A stretch of 64,000 nucleotides of DNA from Fimbriimonadales bacterium (lineage in GTDB: Bacteria > Armatimonadota > Fimbriimonadia > Fimbriimonadales > ATM1): contig JBPCLO010000051.1 of assembly GCA_051003155.1 (NCBI GenBank), positions 126,633-190,632 of the forward strand, read 5' to 3'. The position numbers and the translations under genes are program-made. Below, one piece after another: positions 1-10,339 of this stretch (position 1 is the first letter of the stretch; the number at the start of each line of letters is the position of its first letter). The notes beneath the pieces were generated by a model. That model was not told where the DNA came from, searched no databases, and worked only from the letters and a program-made list of their open reading frames with translations.

Positions 1-300
1 CTTAAGCCGCAAATGCCCTACTTGCATCCCGACCATGAAGCTCTCGGGCGCGTTGCCCGCTCGGCAGCGCTCGAGCTAGGAACCAAGCCGGCCCTTTATC
101 TATTTCATACCAGGCGACCCAATACTGCCGTAGATATTTCGTCAGTCGGAGATGCCAAAATCGCCGCCTTTGCGGCTCACCGTTCGCAGCACGGGGGAGG
201 CCATCGCGGAGGGCCGGTGAAAGCAAACCGGGCCTCCGGTGCGCGATATGGGCTGCCGCCAGCGGAGCTCTTCCGCGCAGTCAGACAAGTAATGCGATGA
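1..300 (+). CDS. PIG-L/LmbE-family deacetylase, C-terminal part (5' end outside window)
   Basis: HPDH motif and VDIS..K..A..AHRSQ C-terminal pattern; frame open from base 1. Confidence 0.7.
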   Translation, partial: LKPQMPYLHPDHEALGRVARSAALELGTKPALYLFHTRRPNTAVDISSVGDAKIAAFAAHRSQHGGGHRGGPVKANRASGARYGLPPAELFRAVRQVMR

Positions 301-1282
301 AATCGTATCTGGAAATTACAACTGCGGGCCAATTTCGACGACCCCGAGCCGCCGCCTTGGATGCGTGTCGACAATTCGGAGTAGATCCCGTCGAAATACG
401 GCCCCTAAATCACGGAGAAAACACGACCTTTCGGGTTACCGAAATGTCGGGAACAAAATCGACCGTCCGCATCACCGCGCGGGTTATCAGAGTCGAAGTA
501 GCATCAGCTCTGAACTCGCGTTCCTTCGGGATTAAGCGAAAGGACGAGAATAAATGCGCCGGTCCCCCGACAGACCGCGTGCGGTGAATCAATTGTCGAG
601 GTCCGTGCAAATGGGGTCGAAGGGACCAGGTTGGCAGCTGTATTCGGTTGGATCGAAGGACGATTCGTAGACGAACGGATCGCTGCGAAGCACCTAGCAG
701 CAACCGGCGAACTAACCGCAACACTGCACAACTTCGCCGAGAGGTATGACTTTCCCAAAGATTTCGAACGCCTTTCCTGGAATGACCCGATTCTCTTTCG
801 CGACGACCTACGGCCACGCCTCGATGAGACAGTCAAATCCGACGTTTTCTTTAGCGCGTACGAACTGGCAATGAAACAAATCGCGGATTATGGGAAGAAG
901 AAGGATTTCGGACTGATTCACGCCGACCTGCATTTCGGAAATGTTTTCTTTTCCAAATCCGGAATCGCCAGTTATCGATTTCGACGACCTCGGTTGGGCG
1001 CATCATGCTTACGACTACGCCGTTACCCTCAGTCAATTTCGTGGCAAGGACAACTTCGAGCACCTTCGCGAAGCTTATGGGGAAGGCTATTCTAAAGCGC
1101 GTCCACTGCCAAAAGACTGGCGGGAGCGTTTGGAGGTATTTATGGCCGCGCGTGTACTGATGATGACGGAATGGCTTTTTTCGAGAGAGGATAATCCAAG
1201 ACTGCGCAGTTGGAGGGACAAGATGCTCCCGCGCCGGCACGGGGATCTCGAAAAGTACGTGGCTACAGGATCGCTGAGATAA
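297..1282 (+). pseudogene. APH/homoserine-kinase-type phosphotransferase, frameshifted
   Basis: HGENTTF N-terminus, LIHADLHFGNV Brenner motif and VIDFDD motif lie in different frames; shifts near 470, 530 and 950. Confidence 0.8.
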
Positions 1283-1291
1283 ACTGACATC

Positions 1292-3475
1292 ATGTCCTGG
1301 CGCGCGCTTTGGCCCGTCTTGGCGCTTGCACTCATCGCGCTGATCCCTACCGGAAAGTTCATTTTCGGCGACCTAGTCCCGGCCCCGGTCGATCAGATCC
1401 ATCTGTTGCCTCCGTGGAACGGTCCGACGCCCGAATCTGATTGGGACACCCTCCAAATCGACGGCGCCCTGCAGTTCCTGCCATGGCGCGATTTCATGCT
1501 CGATTCCATGCGGGCCGGGTGGGTACCCCTGTGGAACCCACATACCTTGGGAGGGACGCCATTTCTGGCCAATTCACAGAGCGCGCCACTCTATCCGCTC
1601 CACTGGCTGTGGCCGCTAGACGCCGAGTCGCTGCTTGGTTTTTCCGCGTGGCTGCACATCTTTGTGGGCGGTCTCGGCACGTACATACTTTGCCGCCGGC
1701 TCGGGGGCAATGAACTTGGCGGAATCATCGGGGGAACCGCATTTCAACTGAGCGCGTTCTTGGTGTCCTGGATCCAATTGCCCAGCGTCGGTATGACGGC
1801 CTCGTGGATACCTTGGTGCCTCTTGGGAGTCCTGAGGCTGTACGAGGAGCCTTCGGCAAGGAGCGTTGCCAAGCTCGCGATATCTATAGGTTTACTGTTA
1901 TTAGCGGGCCACATCCAGATTGCGGTTTACGGATTGGTGGCAGCGGGCCTGTACGGCCTATGGCTGATCACCTTCGCTGTATTCCGCCGAAGCAAAGACA
2001 TTGGAAAGATATTGGTCGCGGGGGGCGCTGCGCTGCTGATCGGCTTGTCTATGGCCGCTCCCCAAGTGGTCCCAAGTGTGCAAAATGCCCTGAACGGACA
2101 CAGGGTGAGCGCTGCGTCTGAAGCGTCTTGGCAAGCGCACAAGGGCCAAGCACTGCACTCGAATCACCTTCTCACGCTGTTCATACCGCAGTTCTTCGGC
2201 ATGCCTCATGATGCAGAGAGCTTCGGACCGATTCTGACAGGCTACTGGCTAGCCTATCAAGAGCCCGGAAGAAATTACGCGGAGTTGGCTTTGTACGTCG
2301 GGCCGGTTGTCCTTCCTCTTGCAATATTCTCTTTTGTCGCGTGGTGGCGCAGGCCCGAACTTGCTTTTTTCGGTTTACTTACAGCGTTCGGGCTCTTGAT
2401 CGCCCTGGGCACCTTGGCGGACAAAGCCCTTTATTTTTCCCTTCCTGGCTGGTCTGCAACGGGTTCGCCTGGGCGCGCCGCGATTCTCGTCGCATTAGGC
2501 TTGTGTACTCTCGCGGGAGCTTTTATTAGAGACCACGCCGAAAGGCCTTCTCGCCTCGGGATTCTGAGCGCTGCCGGAGCCGTCCTGCTGGCCCTGGCGG
2601 GAGCCTACGCCGTTCGGCAGGCAATTCCGCCTCAGATCGCAGAGGCATTCGGCCTTCCATCGCTTATTCCTATCGCCGCATTTGCTATCTCGTTAGTCCT
2701 CTTCTTGCTTCGGGGCGCCGCTGCGGCCGCGGTCCTCGCAGTTGCCCAGATCGTCATTCTTGGCGTTACGCATCGGGCGATAAACCCCGGGTCCGAGCGC
2801 GGCCTCTTCGATAGGGAATTCGCGGGCCTGGAGCAGCTCCAAGGAAAATCGATCGCCGTTGTCAACAAGCAGTGGTTTTTACTCGGACTCCCGCTAAATC
2901 AAAACAGCGTCGCCCCGCCGAACAGCTTGCTTCCTTACAATATCACGGAGATCGGCGGTTACGATTCGATTATTCCCAGACCCACGAAGGAGCGGCTCGA
3001 CGAAGTCAACGGGCAAGACAGCGCCCCCAGGGCCAACGGCAACATGATGCTAATCAAGCCGATCTTCGAACCCCTGAAGGCGCGCCAGGCCGGCGCCGAG
3101 TATGCGATGTCAGCATTCCCTCTCGACCTGGAGGTGGTTTACGAAGGTGCCGGATGGAATCTGTACCGTCTACCAGGGGAAGACCCGCGCTCGTTTGTGA
3201 AGAGCGAAGGCTACACCCAGAAAGTGCTTTCGTGGGCAGGAGCCGGTCGGGAGCAGACACGCAACTGGCTGAATTCCCCGGCAGGAGACGGCTGGGAGAT
3301 GAGTTTCCCATCGTACGATTATAAAGCAGGCACAGTGACAGCGACATACAGCCCGCACTCATACCGAGCCGGCTTCCTTGTCGCGCTATTTGGCATATCG
3401 GCCGCTGTTGCGTTATCATGCGTCAGGAGTCGCCGCGATGAGTCACAAACTGGAACCGAAAACCCTCGACCCTGA
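1292..3475 (+). CDS. YfhO-like/GT-C-type polytopic membrane protein
   Basis: PLWNP..LGG.PFLAN.QSA.LYP motif, LAGH.Q motif, many TM segments, GGYDS, C-terminal YSP.S+TM. Confidence 0.75.
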   Translation: MSWRALWPVLALALIALIPTGKFIFGDLVPAPVDQIHLLPPWNGPTPESDWDTLQIDGALQFLPWRDFMLDSMRAGWVPLWNPHTLGGTPFLANSQSAPLYPLHWLWPLDAESLLGFSAWLHIFVGGLGTYILCRRLGGNELGGIIGGTAFQLSAFLVSWIQLPSVGMTASWIPWCLLGVLRLYEEPSARSVAKLAISIGLLLLAGHIQIAVYGLVAAGLYGLWLITFAVFRRSKDIGKILVAGGAALLIGLSMAAPQVVPSVQNALNGHRVSAASEASWQAHKGQALHSNHLLTLFIPQFFGMPHDAESFGPILTGYWLAYQEPGRNYAELALYVGPVVLPLAIFSFVAWWRRPELAFFGLLTAFGLLIALGTLADKALYFSLPGWSATGSPGRAAILVALGLCTLAGAFIRDHAERPSRLGILSAAGAVLLALAGAYAVRQAIPPQIAEAFGLPSLIPIAAFAISLVLFLLRGAAAAAVLAVAQIVILGVTHRAINPGSERGLFDREFAGLEQLQGKSIAVVNKQWFLLGLPLNQNSVAPPNSLLPYNITEIGGYDSIIPRPTKERLDEVNGQDSAPRANGNMMLIKPIFEPLKARQAGAEYAMSAFPLDLEVVYEGAGWNLYRLPGEDPRSFVKSEGYTQKVLSWAGAGREQTRNWLNSPAGDGWEMSFPSYDYKAGTVTATYSPHSYRAGFLVALFGISAAVALSCVRSRRDESQTGTENPRP

Positions 3476-3716
3476 CCAAGGATTCCGGGGCGGCTATATT
3501 ACGATCATTTTCAACAACGATGCGAACAGCTTCGACGAAGTTGTGGCGGTGCTCGTGAGGGCGACATCCTGCACTATCGAAGAGGCTCAAATCGAAACTT
3601 GGGAGGCCCACACGTTCGGAAAGGCAGCGGTTCACTTCGGCTTCGAACCGGAGTGCCGACGAGTGGCGACCACCATTTCGCGTATCGGCGTAAGGACAGA
3701 AGTACGAGCGGAATGA
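3438..3716 (+). CDS. clpS: ClpS-like adaptor, copy 1
   Basis: IIFNNDANSFDEVVAVL...EAHTFGKAAV matches the ClpS core; GGAG upstream of ATG 3438. Confidence 0.75.
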   Translation: MSHKLEPKTLDPDQGFRGGYITIIFNNDANSFDEVVAVLVRATSCTIEEAQIETWEAHTFGKAAVHFGFEPECRRVATTISRIGVRTEVRAE

Positions 3717-4021
3717 AGTTACTGGACATCATTGCCGGCCCGGTTATTGTCGAACCGGAGGTCGCGGAAGAGATCAGCACGGGCTCCGGACGCGGCGGGT
3801 GGATCGTCACGGTTTTTAACAATGATTTCAACACCTGGGAAGAGGTTATGACGATCCTCCAGATGGCCACAGGCTGCGGTCCGGACGAAGCCTACATCGA
3901 GACTTGGGAAATCGACAGTCTGGGTGCCAGCGTCGTTCACAATGCGGGAAAGGCGGAGTGCAGCGAGGCAGCCGGGGTCATCGGCACAATCGGTATCAAA
4001 GTAACGGTTTCAGAAGACTAA
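3713..4021 (+). CDS. clpS: ClpS-like adaptor, copy 2
   Basis: VTVFNNDFNTWEEVMTIL...EIDSLGASVV; ATGA overlap with copy 1. Confidence 0.75.
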   Translation: MKLLDIIAGPVIVEPEVAEEISTGSGRGGWIVTVFNNDFNTWEEVMTILQMATGCGPDEAYIETWEIDSLGASVVHNAGKAECSEAAGVIGTIGIKVTVSED

Positions 4022-4057
4022 GATCCCTGCGGTAAACTTGCGGTTCCGGAGGAACAA

Positions 4058-5473
4058 ATGGCAACAAAACCGGCCGTCCGCGCCAGCCGCGCGACGCCAA
4101 ATCGAAACAGCAACGGCAAGCCCCCGTCGAAGGAGGCCGCGAGCATCACCCAGGGCGCCCTGGACGCATTTCAGCGGAGCTTCGAGAGCGATCCAAAAAA
4201 CCGCCTGGCGCTCAATGCGGTCACGAAGACGGCTGTGGCTTCCGTGGCCTCCAATAGGCGAGCCGTGATCCAAGCTGACCACGTCTTTTCGCACACGGTG
4301 AAGGTCGGCCAGATCACCTCGCAAAACCGCAGTGGCCGCTGCTGGATGTTCGCGGGGCTCAACCCGATGCGCGTCGCCGCGATTAAGGCGATGAATACCG
4401 ACGATAAATTCGAGATTTCCCAGAATTACACAATGTTTTGGGACAAGCTAGAAAAATCGAATTATTTTCTCGAGAGCATTATTAAGACTGTGAAAGAACC
4501 GATTGGCAGCCGGCTGCTCGACCACTTGCTCGCAAGCCCAATCCAAGACGGCGGCCAGTGGGACATGTTCGTAAATCTCATCAAGAAATACGGCGTGGTA
4601 CCGAAGTCCGCAATGCCCGAATCCGATAGCAGTAGCAACACGGGCGCCATGAACTCCGCGATCACGCGGAAATTGCGCGAATACGCTTCGAAGCTCCGAA
4701 AATCCGCAGCGAAGAGCGTTGGCGTCGAAGCCCTGCGGCGCGAAAAGAAAAGGATGCTCGAAGAAGTGTATCGCATGCTCGCTATCCATTTGGGCGAGCC
4801 GCCGAGAGAGTTCTACTGGCAATGGCGAGACAAGGATGGCGAGTTTCACCGGGACGGAATGATCACGCCGCAGGCATTTTTTACGCGCCACGTAAACGAC
4901 GACATCGACGCTAGGATATGCCTGATACACTGCCCTCAAAGCGGCAAGTCTATGAACACCTTATACACGATCGAGTATCTGGGCAACGTCGTAGAAGGCG
5001 AAATTATCAAGTACCTGAATGTCGACCTGAAGGTTATCAAGAACGCTGCGATCGAAATGATCTCAGCAGGAGAGTCGGTGTGGTTCGGATGTGACGTAGG
5101 CAAAATGCTCGACCGCGATCTGGGAGTACTCGACATGGACCTCTTCGACTACGAAACCCTCTACGGCACGAAATTCGGGTTGGATAAAGCGAGCCGCCTC
5201 GATTATGGCGATAGCCAAATGACGCATGCAATGGTATTTGCCGGTGTAGATCTGGACGAGCGTGGCAAACCCACGAAATGGCGGGTTGAAAATAGCTGGG
5301 GAGACAAAGGCGAAGGTAACGGATTTCTCACGATGACTGACGACTGGTTCGACGAATTCGTATACGAGGTCGCCGTCGACAGAAAATACCTCTCACAAGA
5401 GCATTTGCCGATTCTCAAGACCAAGCCGGTGGCGCTGCCGCCATGGGATCCGATGGGAGCCTTGGCGCTCTAG
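4058..5473 (+). CDS. pepC: Cysteine aminopeptidase C / bleomycin hydrolase (C1B)
   Basis: QNRSGRCWMF catalytic Cys, MTHAM His, VENSWG Asn, C-terminal PWDPMGALA; GGAGG RBS. Confidence 0.95.
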   Translation: MATKPAVRASRATPNRNSNGKPPSKEAASITQGALDAFQRSFESDPKNRLALNAVTKTAVASVASNRRAVIQADHVFSHTVKVGQITSQNRSGRCWMFAGLNPMRVAAIKAMNTDDKFEISQNYTMFWDKLEKSNYFLESIIKTVKEPIGSRLLDHLLASPIQDGGQWDMFVNLIKKYGVVPKSAMPESDSSSNTGAMNSAITRKLREYASKLRKSAAKSVGVEALRREKKRMLEEVYRMLAIHLGEPPREFYWQWRDKDGEFHRDGMITPQAFFTRHVNDDIDARICLIHCPQSGKSMNTLYTIEYLGNVVEGEIIKYLNVDLKVIKNAAIEMISAGESVWFGCDVGKMLDRDLGVLDMDLFDYETLYGTKFGLDKASRLDYGDSQMTHAMVFAGVDLDERGKPTKWRVENSWGDKGEGNGFLTMTDDWFDEFVYEVAVDRKYLSQEHLPILKTKPVALPPWDPMGALAL

Positions 5474-5474
5474 C

Positions 5475-6398
5475 ATGGTAGAGACGCTCCGGTACCTGCT
5501 TCGCGACTCGATCGATTATGCCGGGCTATTCCCGCCTGCCGAGCTACCGGTGAGCGCTGCCGTACCTAACTACCTGAAGTACGGATCCAGCCCCGAATCT
5601 TGGTTCCTCGGGCGTTTCGTGTGCCCTGCCGCGCGCCTCGCCGAGGTGGACTCCGCGCTATACCGCATGGGCTATGACGACCTGTTCCCTGTCTGCGTCA
5701 TTGGGCGTGGTGGGCAAACGACGGCCGACTTCCTGGCGAACACGATGGCGGACGTCGTAGCTGCCCGGCGAAGCGGAATTCCCGTTATCGAGGCCTTCGA
5801 AGCGTCACTTCCGAAGAGCCTTCTCGGGAGTTCGGACCTTGGCGCCGTCGTTCGCCGCGTTGCCCGATATCTCGAAGCGCAAGAGTTGTACTTAGAAGTT
5901 CCTTTTTCCGATAATTGGAAGGCGGACGTCCCGAAGGCCATCGAGACGATCAAGAATACGGGAGTTAGCAACGCCAAAATTCGCACGGGCGGCATGGTCG
6001 CGTCCGCATTCCCGACTGTCGAGCAAACCGCTCTATTTATTTATGAATGCGCCAAGGCGAAGCTCCCCTTCAAGGCGACCGCAGGCCTGCACCATCCCGT
6101 TCGCGCATATCGGGAGGAAACGAAGTGCGAAATGCATGGATTCCTCAATGTCTTCGTCGCCTCTGCGGTAGCCGCCACGTTCTCACCGAGCCTTTCCATG
6201 ATCGAGGAGATTATTGCCCAGCAGGATCCGGCAGCGTTCCAATTTGTGCAGCAACGTCTTAGGTATGGCACCTTCCACCTTTCCTCCGAAAAAATAGTGA
6301 AGTCGAGGCAGCTCATGCGCAGCTTCGGATCGTGTTCAGTCGCGGCACCGATCGAAGACCTCGACGCACTTGGACATTCGCTTAGGAGGATGGGATGA
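5475..6398 (+). CDS. Conserved hypothetical protein coupled to fahA
   Basis: IDYAGLFPPA, AKIRTGG, FKATAGLHHP, MHGFLN and SFGSCS motifs; ATGA overlap with fahA. Confidence 0.75.
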   Translation: MVETLRYLLRDSIDYAGLFPPAELPVSAAVPNYLKYGSSPESWFLGRFVCPAARLAEVDSALYRMGYDDLFPVCVIGRGGQTTADFLANTMADVVAARRSGIPVIEAFEASLPKSLLGSSDLGAVVRRVARYLEAQELYLEVPFSDNWKADVPKAIETIKNTGVSNAKIRTGGMVASAFPTVEQTALFIYECAKAKLPFKATAGLHHPVRAYREETKCEMHGFLNVFVASAVAATFSPSLSMIEEIIAQQDPAAFQFVQQRLRYGTFHLSSEKIVKSRQLMRSFGSCSVAAPIEDLDALGHSLRRMG

Positions 6399-7654
6399 AG
6401 TCTTGGGTAGAGGTCTCGGCCGACAGCCATTTCCCAATCGAAAACCTACCGTATTGCGTTTTCTCTTATTACCGCGAATCGCCCAGGGTCGGGGTCGGAA
6501 TAGGTAGCTACGTACTTGATCTGAGTTTTCTTTACAACGCGGGCATCCTCCCAAAAGGGTTGGCGCCTCATAACGTTTTCGCCCTATCTGCACTCAACGA
6601 CTTTGTCTCTCAGGGCAGGCAGATCTGGACGGAATTGCGAAAATGCTTGATCGAACTGCTTGAAGAAGGCAATGCGTTGATTCGCGACGACGAGGAACTA
6701 TTAAGCAAATCGCTGCACAAGCAATCGGACGTAGTTTTCCATCATCCGATGAGAATCGGGGCGTTTGTTGATTTTTATTCTTCGGAGCAGCACGCGACGA
6801 ACGTCGGCAAGATGCTGAGGCCCGATAGTCCGCTAATGCCGAACTGGAAACATTTGCCCGTGGGTTACAATGGCCGGGCTTCGAGTGTGGTCGTTTCCGG
6901 GACGCCGATTCACCGCCCGAACGGCCAAACGATGCCCCAGGACGCGGAAACACCAATCTATGGACCAAGCCGGAACCTCGATTTCGAGCTCGAGGTGGGT
7001 TTCTTTACCGGCAAAGCGAATCCTCTGGGACAACAGGTCTCGACGGCTGAAGCCGAGGATTACATTTTCGGAATGGTTTTGGTAAACGACTGGTCTGCGC
7101 GCGATATTCAGAAGTGGGAATATCAACCGCTGGGTCCGTTTCTTGCCAAGTCATTCGCTACTACGATATCGCCGTGGGTTGTGACGATGGAGGCGCTGGA
7201 GCCCTTCCGAGTATCCGGCGGGACACAGAACCCTGCTGTGCTTCCATACCTGCAATGCGATCGACCATGGGCGTACGACATTAATCTCGAGGTTTTGCTA
7301 AAGAGCGAGAAAATGAGCCGGCCGCAAACAATCTGCCGGACGAATTACAAGAATATGTACTGGAACATGGCCCAGCAATTGGCTCATCAGTGTGTAAACG
7401 GCACGAACGTTCAAGTTGGTGATCTCTATGCTTCGGGCACGGTCTCAGGAGACACACCGGATTCATACGGCTCGATGCTGGAACTCGCGTGGCGTGGAGA
7501 GAAGCCGATCACTTTGGCTGAAACCGGTGAACAGCGCAAGTACGTCGACGACGGCGACGAAATCACACTTACCGGATGGTGCCAGGGAGACGGATTCAGG
7601 GTCGGATTTGGAGAGGCCGCCGGCGTTATCTTGCCTTCAATGGCTATAGAGTAG
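6395..7654 (+). CDS. fahA: Fumarylacetoacetase
   Basis: FPIENLPY, DFYSS..HATNVG, LDFELE, NDWSARDIQKWEYQPLGPFLAKSF. Confidence 0.95.
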   Translation: MKSWVEVSADSHFPIENLPYCVFSYYRESPRVGVGIGSYVLDLSFLYNAGILPKGLAPHNVFALSALNDFVSQGRQIWTELRKCLIELLEEGNALIRDDEELLSKSLHKQSDVVFHHPMRIGAFVDFYSSEQHATNVGKMLRPDSPLMPNWKHLPVGYNGRASSVVVSGTPIHRPNGQTMPQDAETPIYGPSRNLDFELEVGFFTGKANPLGQQVSTAEAEDYIFGMVLVNDWSARDIQKWEYQPLGPFLAKSFATTISPWVVTMEALEPFRVSGGTQNPAVLPYLQCDRPWAYDINLEVLLKSEKMSRPQTICRTNYKNMYWNMAQQLAHQCVNGTNVQVGDLYASGTVSGDTPDSYGSMLELAWRGEKPITLAETGEQRKYVDDGDEITLTGWCQGDGFRVGFGEAAGVILPSMAIE

Positions 7655-7700
7655 GCGAAACTGTCGTCCTTAAGTGGTGACTAAAGTCAAGGAGACAATC

Positions 7701-9368
7701 ATGAAGAGGTTTACTTTTTGCATTTTGATATGCGCTTCTACCGCAATGGCGGCAGCGCAGGGAATTAGCGTAACTGTAGACGGGAGAACCGTCTCCTTCC
7801 AAGGCGCAGGCCCAATGATGATATCCGGGCGTGTGATGGTTCCCTTGCGGGGCGTTCTCGAAGCTATGGGCGCCTACATCGAATATAGAGCGGCGACAAG
7901 AACGATCATTGCCCGACGCGGCAATACCGACATCGAGCTCGGCCTCGGTGACCGAAGCGCTCTCGTGAACGGGCGGACCGTTATGCTCGACGTTCCTGCG
8001 GCGACCGTCATGGGGAGCACCATGGTGCCGCTCCGCTTCATGGGTGAGTCGCTCGGCGCCGACGTCAGATGGATCGAATCAACCAAGAGTGTGGTGATTT
8101 CAACAACCGGTGGCGGCGACCCCGGCGGAGGCGACCCGGGCGGAGGTGGCGGAGGCAACACCGGCGGTGGTACCGGAGCGTTGGAAATCCAGTCGTTCTC
8201 ACACGACTCGACCGGCTGGCTGAGGCCGGGCGACGTTCTTCAAGTTTCGATGGTCGGCACGCCGAACGGCCAGGCCAGTTTCCGCATCCCGGGCATCGTC
8301 GATAACATCGCCATGCGCGAAGTCAATGACGGCCGGTATGCAGGTTCCTGGACAGTTCCACCCGCCGGAACGTCGGTCAACCTGGCCGGGGCCAGCGTTC
8401 TCGGCGTCCTTAGGATCGGCCGCGACGAGCGGCTTATTCAAGCAGCCAACCGCCTTTCCGTCGATACGGAGGCCCCCAGGATCACAACGATTCTCCCTGA
8501 GGCTAACGCACGAGTCGTTAGGGGCCAAGTCAGCGTTTCGGCGGTCTTCGACGACGGCAGCGGCAGCGGGATCGACCCCGCCACTGTCAGGGTTATCGTC
8601 AACGGCAAGGATGTCACGGATCAGGCGACCATCACCCCGTCCTTTGCTAATCTAAGGCCCGAACAAATCATAATCGGCCGCAACGTCGCGGCGGTCTCCG
8701 CTGAGGATCGAGCTGGAAACCGCGTGTCCAAGTCGTGGACGTTTACCGTCGCCGAGGCGACGAGCGAGATCAGGTTGCTGACGCACGACGCGGCTGATCG
8801 CGTGGAGCCGGGCGATGTCATTACGGTACGCCTCGAAGGCGCGAAGGGCGGCAGAGCATCGTTCGACGTCGGCAGGAACCAGAACATGCCGATGAATGAG
8901 AATGACGACGGCGTCTATATCGGCCGGTACACCGTTCGCAGGGGCGAAGACCTCTCGAACGCGCCCGTGATCGCTAGGCTCGAAATCGGCAACAACAAGT
9001 ACACGGTAGAGGCCAAGGACAGGATCAACGCGTCGGCTTCGACCTCGCAGCTCGACGCGCCGAAGGTCATTTCACCTGCTGAGGGCGCCAAGGTGAACTC
9101 GCCGATGGTTGTGCGCGGCACTGCAGCCCCGAACACGCGGGTCCGCGTGAAGGTGGAGTACACGGCGTCGCTTCTCGGCCTGATCGGCACGTCGGGAACG
9201 ATCGGCGAGCAGGCATTGACCAGTGACGCCCAGGGCAACTTTCGCAGCGCGCCGTTCGATCTGGATACTCTTGGTGGCCAAGACGCCAAGTTCACGATCA
9301 CGGTGATTGCCATCAGCGACGCCGGCAAAGAATCCCCGAAGAAGGTCGTGAAGGTCGAGAAGGTGTAA
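7701..9368 (+). CDS. Secreted protein: copper amine oxidase N-terminal (stalk) domain plus repeated Ig-like domains
   Basis: Signal peptide; GRVMVPLR and TMVPLRFMGESLGADVRW; GGGDP linker; AGGAG RBS before ATG 7701. Confidence 0.8.
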   Translation: MKRFTFCILICASTAMAAAQGISVTVDGRTVSFQGAGPMMISGRVMVPLRGVLEAMGAYIEYRAATRTIIARRGNTDIELGLGDRSALVNGRTVMLDVPAATVMGSTMVPLRFMGESLGADVRWIESTKSVVISTTGGGDPGGGDPGGGGGGNTGGGTGALEIQSFSHDSTGWLRPGDVLQVSMVGTPNGQASFRIPGIVDNIAMREVNDGRYAGSWTVPPAGTSVNLAGASVLGVLRIGRDERLIQAANRLSVDTEAPRITTILPEANARVVRGQVSVSAVFDDGSGSGIDPATVRVIVNGKDVTDQATITPSFANLRPEQIIIGRNVAAVSAEDRAGNRVSKSWTFTVAEATSEIRLLTHDAADRVEPGDVITVRLEGAKGGRASFDVGRNQNMPMNENDDGVYIGRYTVRRGEDLSNAPVIARLEIGNNKYTVEAKDRINASASTSQLDAPKVISPAEGAKVNSPMVVRGTAAPNTRVRVKVEYTASLLGLIGTSGTIGEQALTSDAQGNFRSAPFDLDTLGGQDAKFTITVIAISDAGKESPKKVVKVEKV

Positions 9369-9484
9369 ACCACAACTCAACCCGTGGCAGATGCTTGCAT
9401 CCCACGGGTTGTTGCGGTCGTGGTCTGACACCAGCGCACGATTACCTGCACCCAGCTGTGCATGATGCTGACGGGCGCGCTGCA

Positions 9485-10339
9485 TCACATCGATGCGGCC
9501 GCCTCCGCCCCATCGACCACGTTCGAAAGCAACATCGTCACCGTCATCGGCCCGACGCCGCCTGGAACCGGCGATATCCAACCGGCTACTTCGGACGCCG
9601 ACGAGAATTCCACATCCCCCACGTCTCCGGATCGGCGTTCGACCTTGTTGTAGCCTGCGTCGAGGACGATCGCCCCGGGTTTGATCCAGTCTCCCTTGAC
9701 CATCTCGGCTCGCCCGACGGCGGCGACCAAGATATCCGCCGTGCGGCAAATATCCCACAGCCCCTGCGTGCGGCTGTGGCAAATCGTTACGGTCGCGTTC
9801 CGCGCCAACAACATCAGCGCCGCGGGTTTACCCAGGATCACGCTCCGCCCGATCACCACGGCGTACTTGCCCTCGCACCCCAGGCCGTACTCGTCGAGCA
9901 GGCGCATCATGCCTAGCGGCGTCGCGCAGCGAAAGCCCTTGGCTCCAGTCAGCAGCCTGCCCAGCGATTGGGGCGAGATGCCGTCCACGTCTTTCTCCGG
10001 TCCCAATGCTTCCAACGCCGCCGCTTCGTCGAGGTGTTTCGGCAAGGGGTGCTGCAGCAGCACGCCGTGGACCTCCCGGTTGGCATTGAGTTCGCGCAGT
10101 TTCTCGATGAGCCATTCCTGGGTCGTGTCGGCCGTGACTTGCCACGACTCGCCGACGATCCCGATCTTGTCGGCCCACCGCTGCTTCATGTTCACGTAGG
10201 TGATGCTGGACGGGTCGTCCGCAGCCACCAGGACATCCAATCGGGGAACCACCCCCTGCTTCCTTAGAACCTCGACGCGGGACGCAAGCTCGCTCCGGAT
10301 CTGGCTGCTTAGAGTCTTGCCGTCAAGAATCTGAGCCAT
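9485..10339 (-). CDS. folD: Bifunctional methylene-THF dehydrogenase/cyclohydrolase
   Basis: YVNMK, KDVDG, GRSVILGKP, PVPGGVGPMTV. Confidence 0.95.
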   Translation of the reverse strand: MAQILDGKTLSSQIRSELASRVEVLRKQGVVPRLDVLVAADDPSSITYVNMKQRWADKIGIVGESWQVTADTTQEWLIEKLRELNANREVHGVLLQHPLPKHLDEAAALEALGPEKDVDGISPQSLGRLLTGAKGFRCATPLGMMRLLDEYGLGCEGKYAVVIGRSVILGKPAALMLLARNATVTICHSRTQGLWDICRTADILVAAVGRAEMVKGDWIKPGAIVLDAGYNKVERRSGDVGDVEFSSASEVAGWISPVPGGVGPMTVTMLLSNVVDGAEAAASM

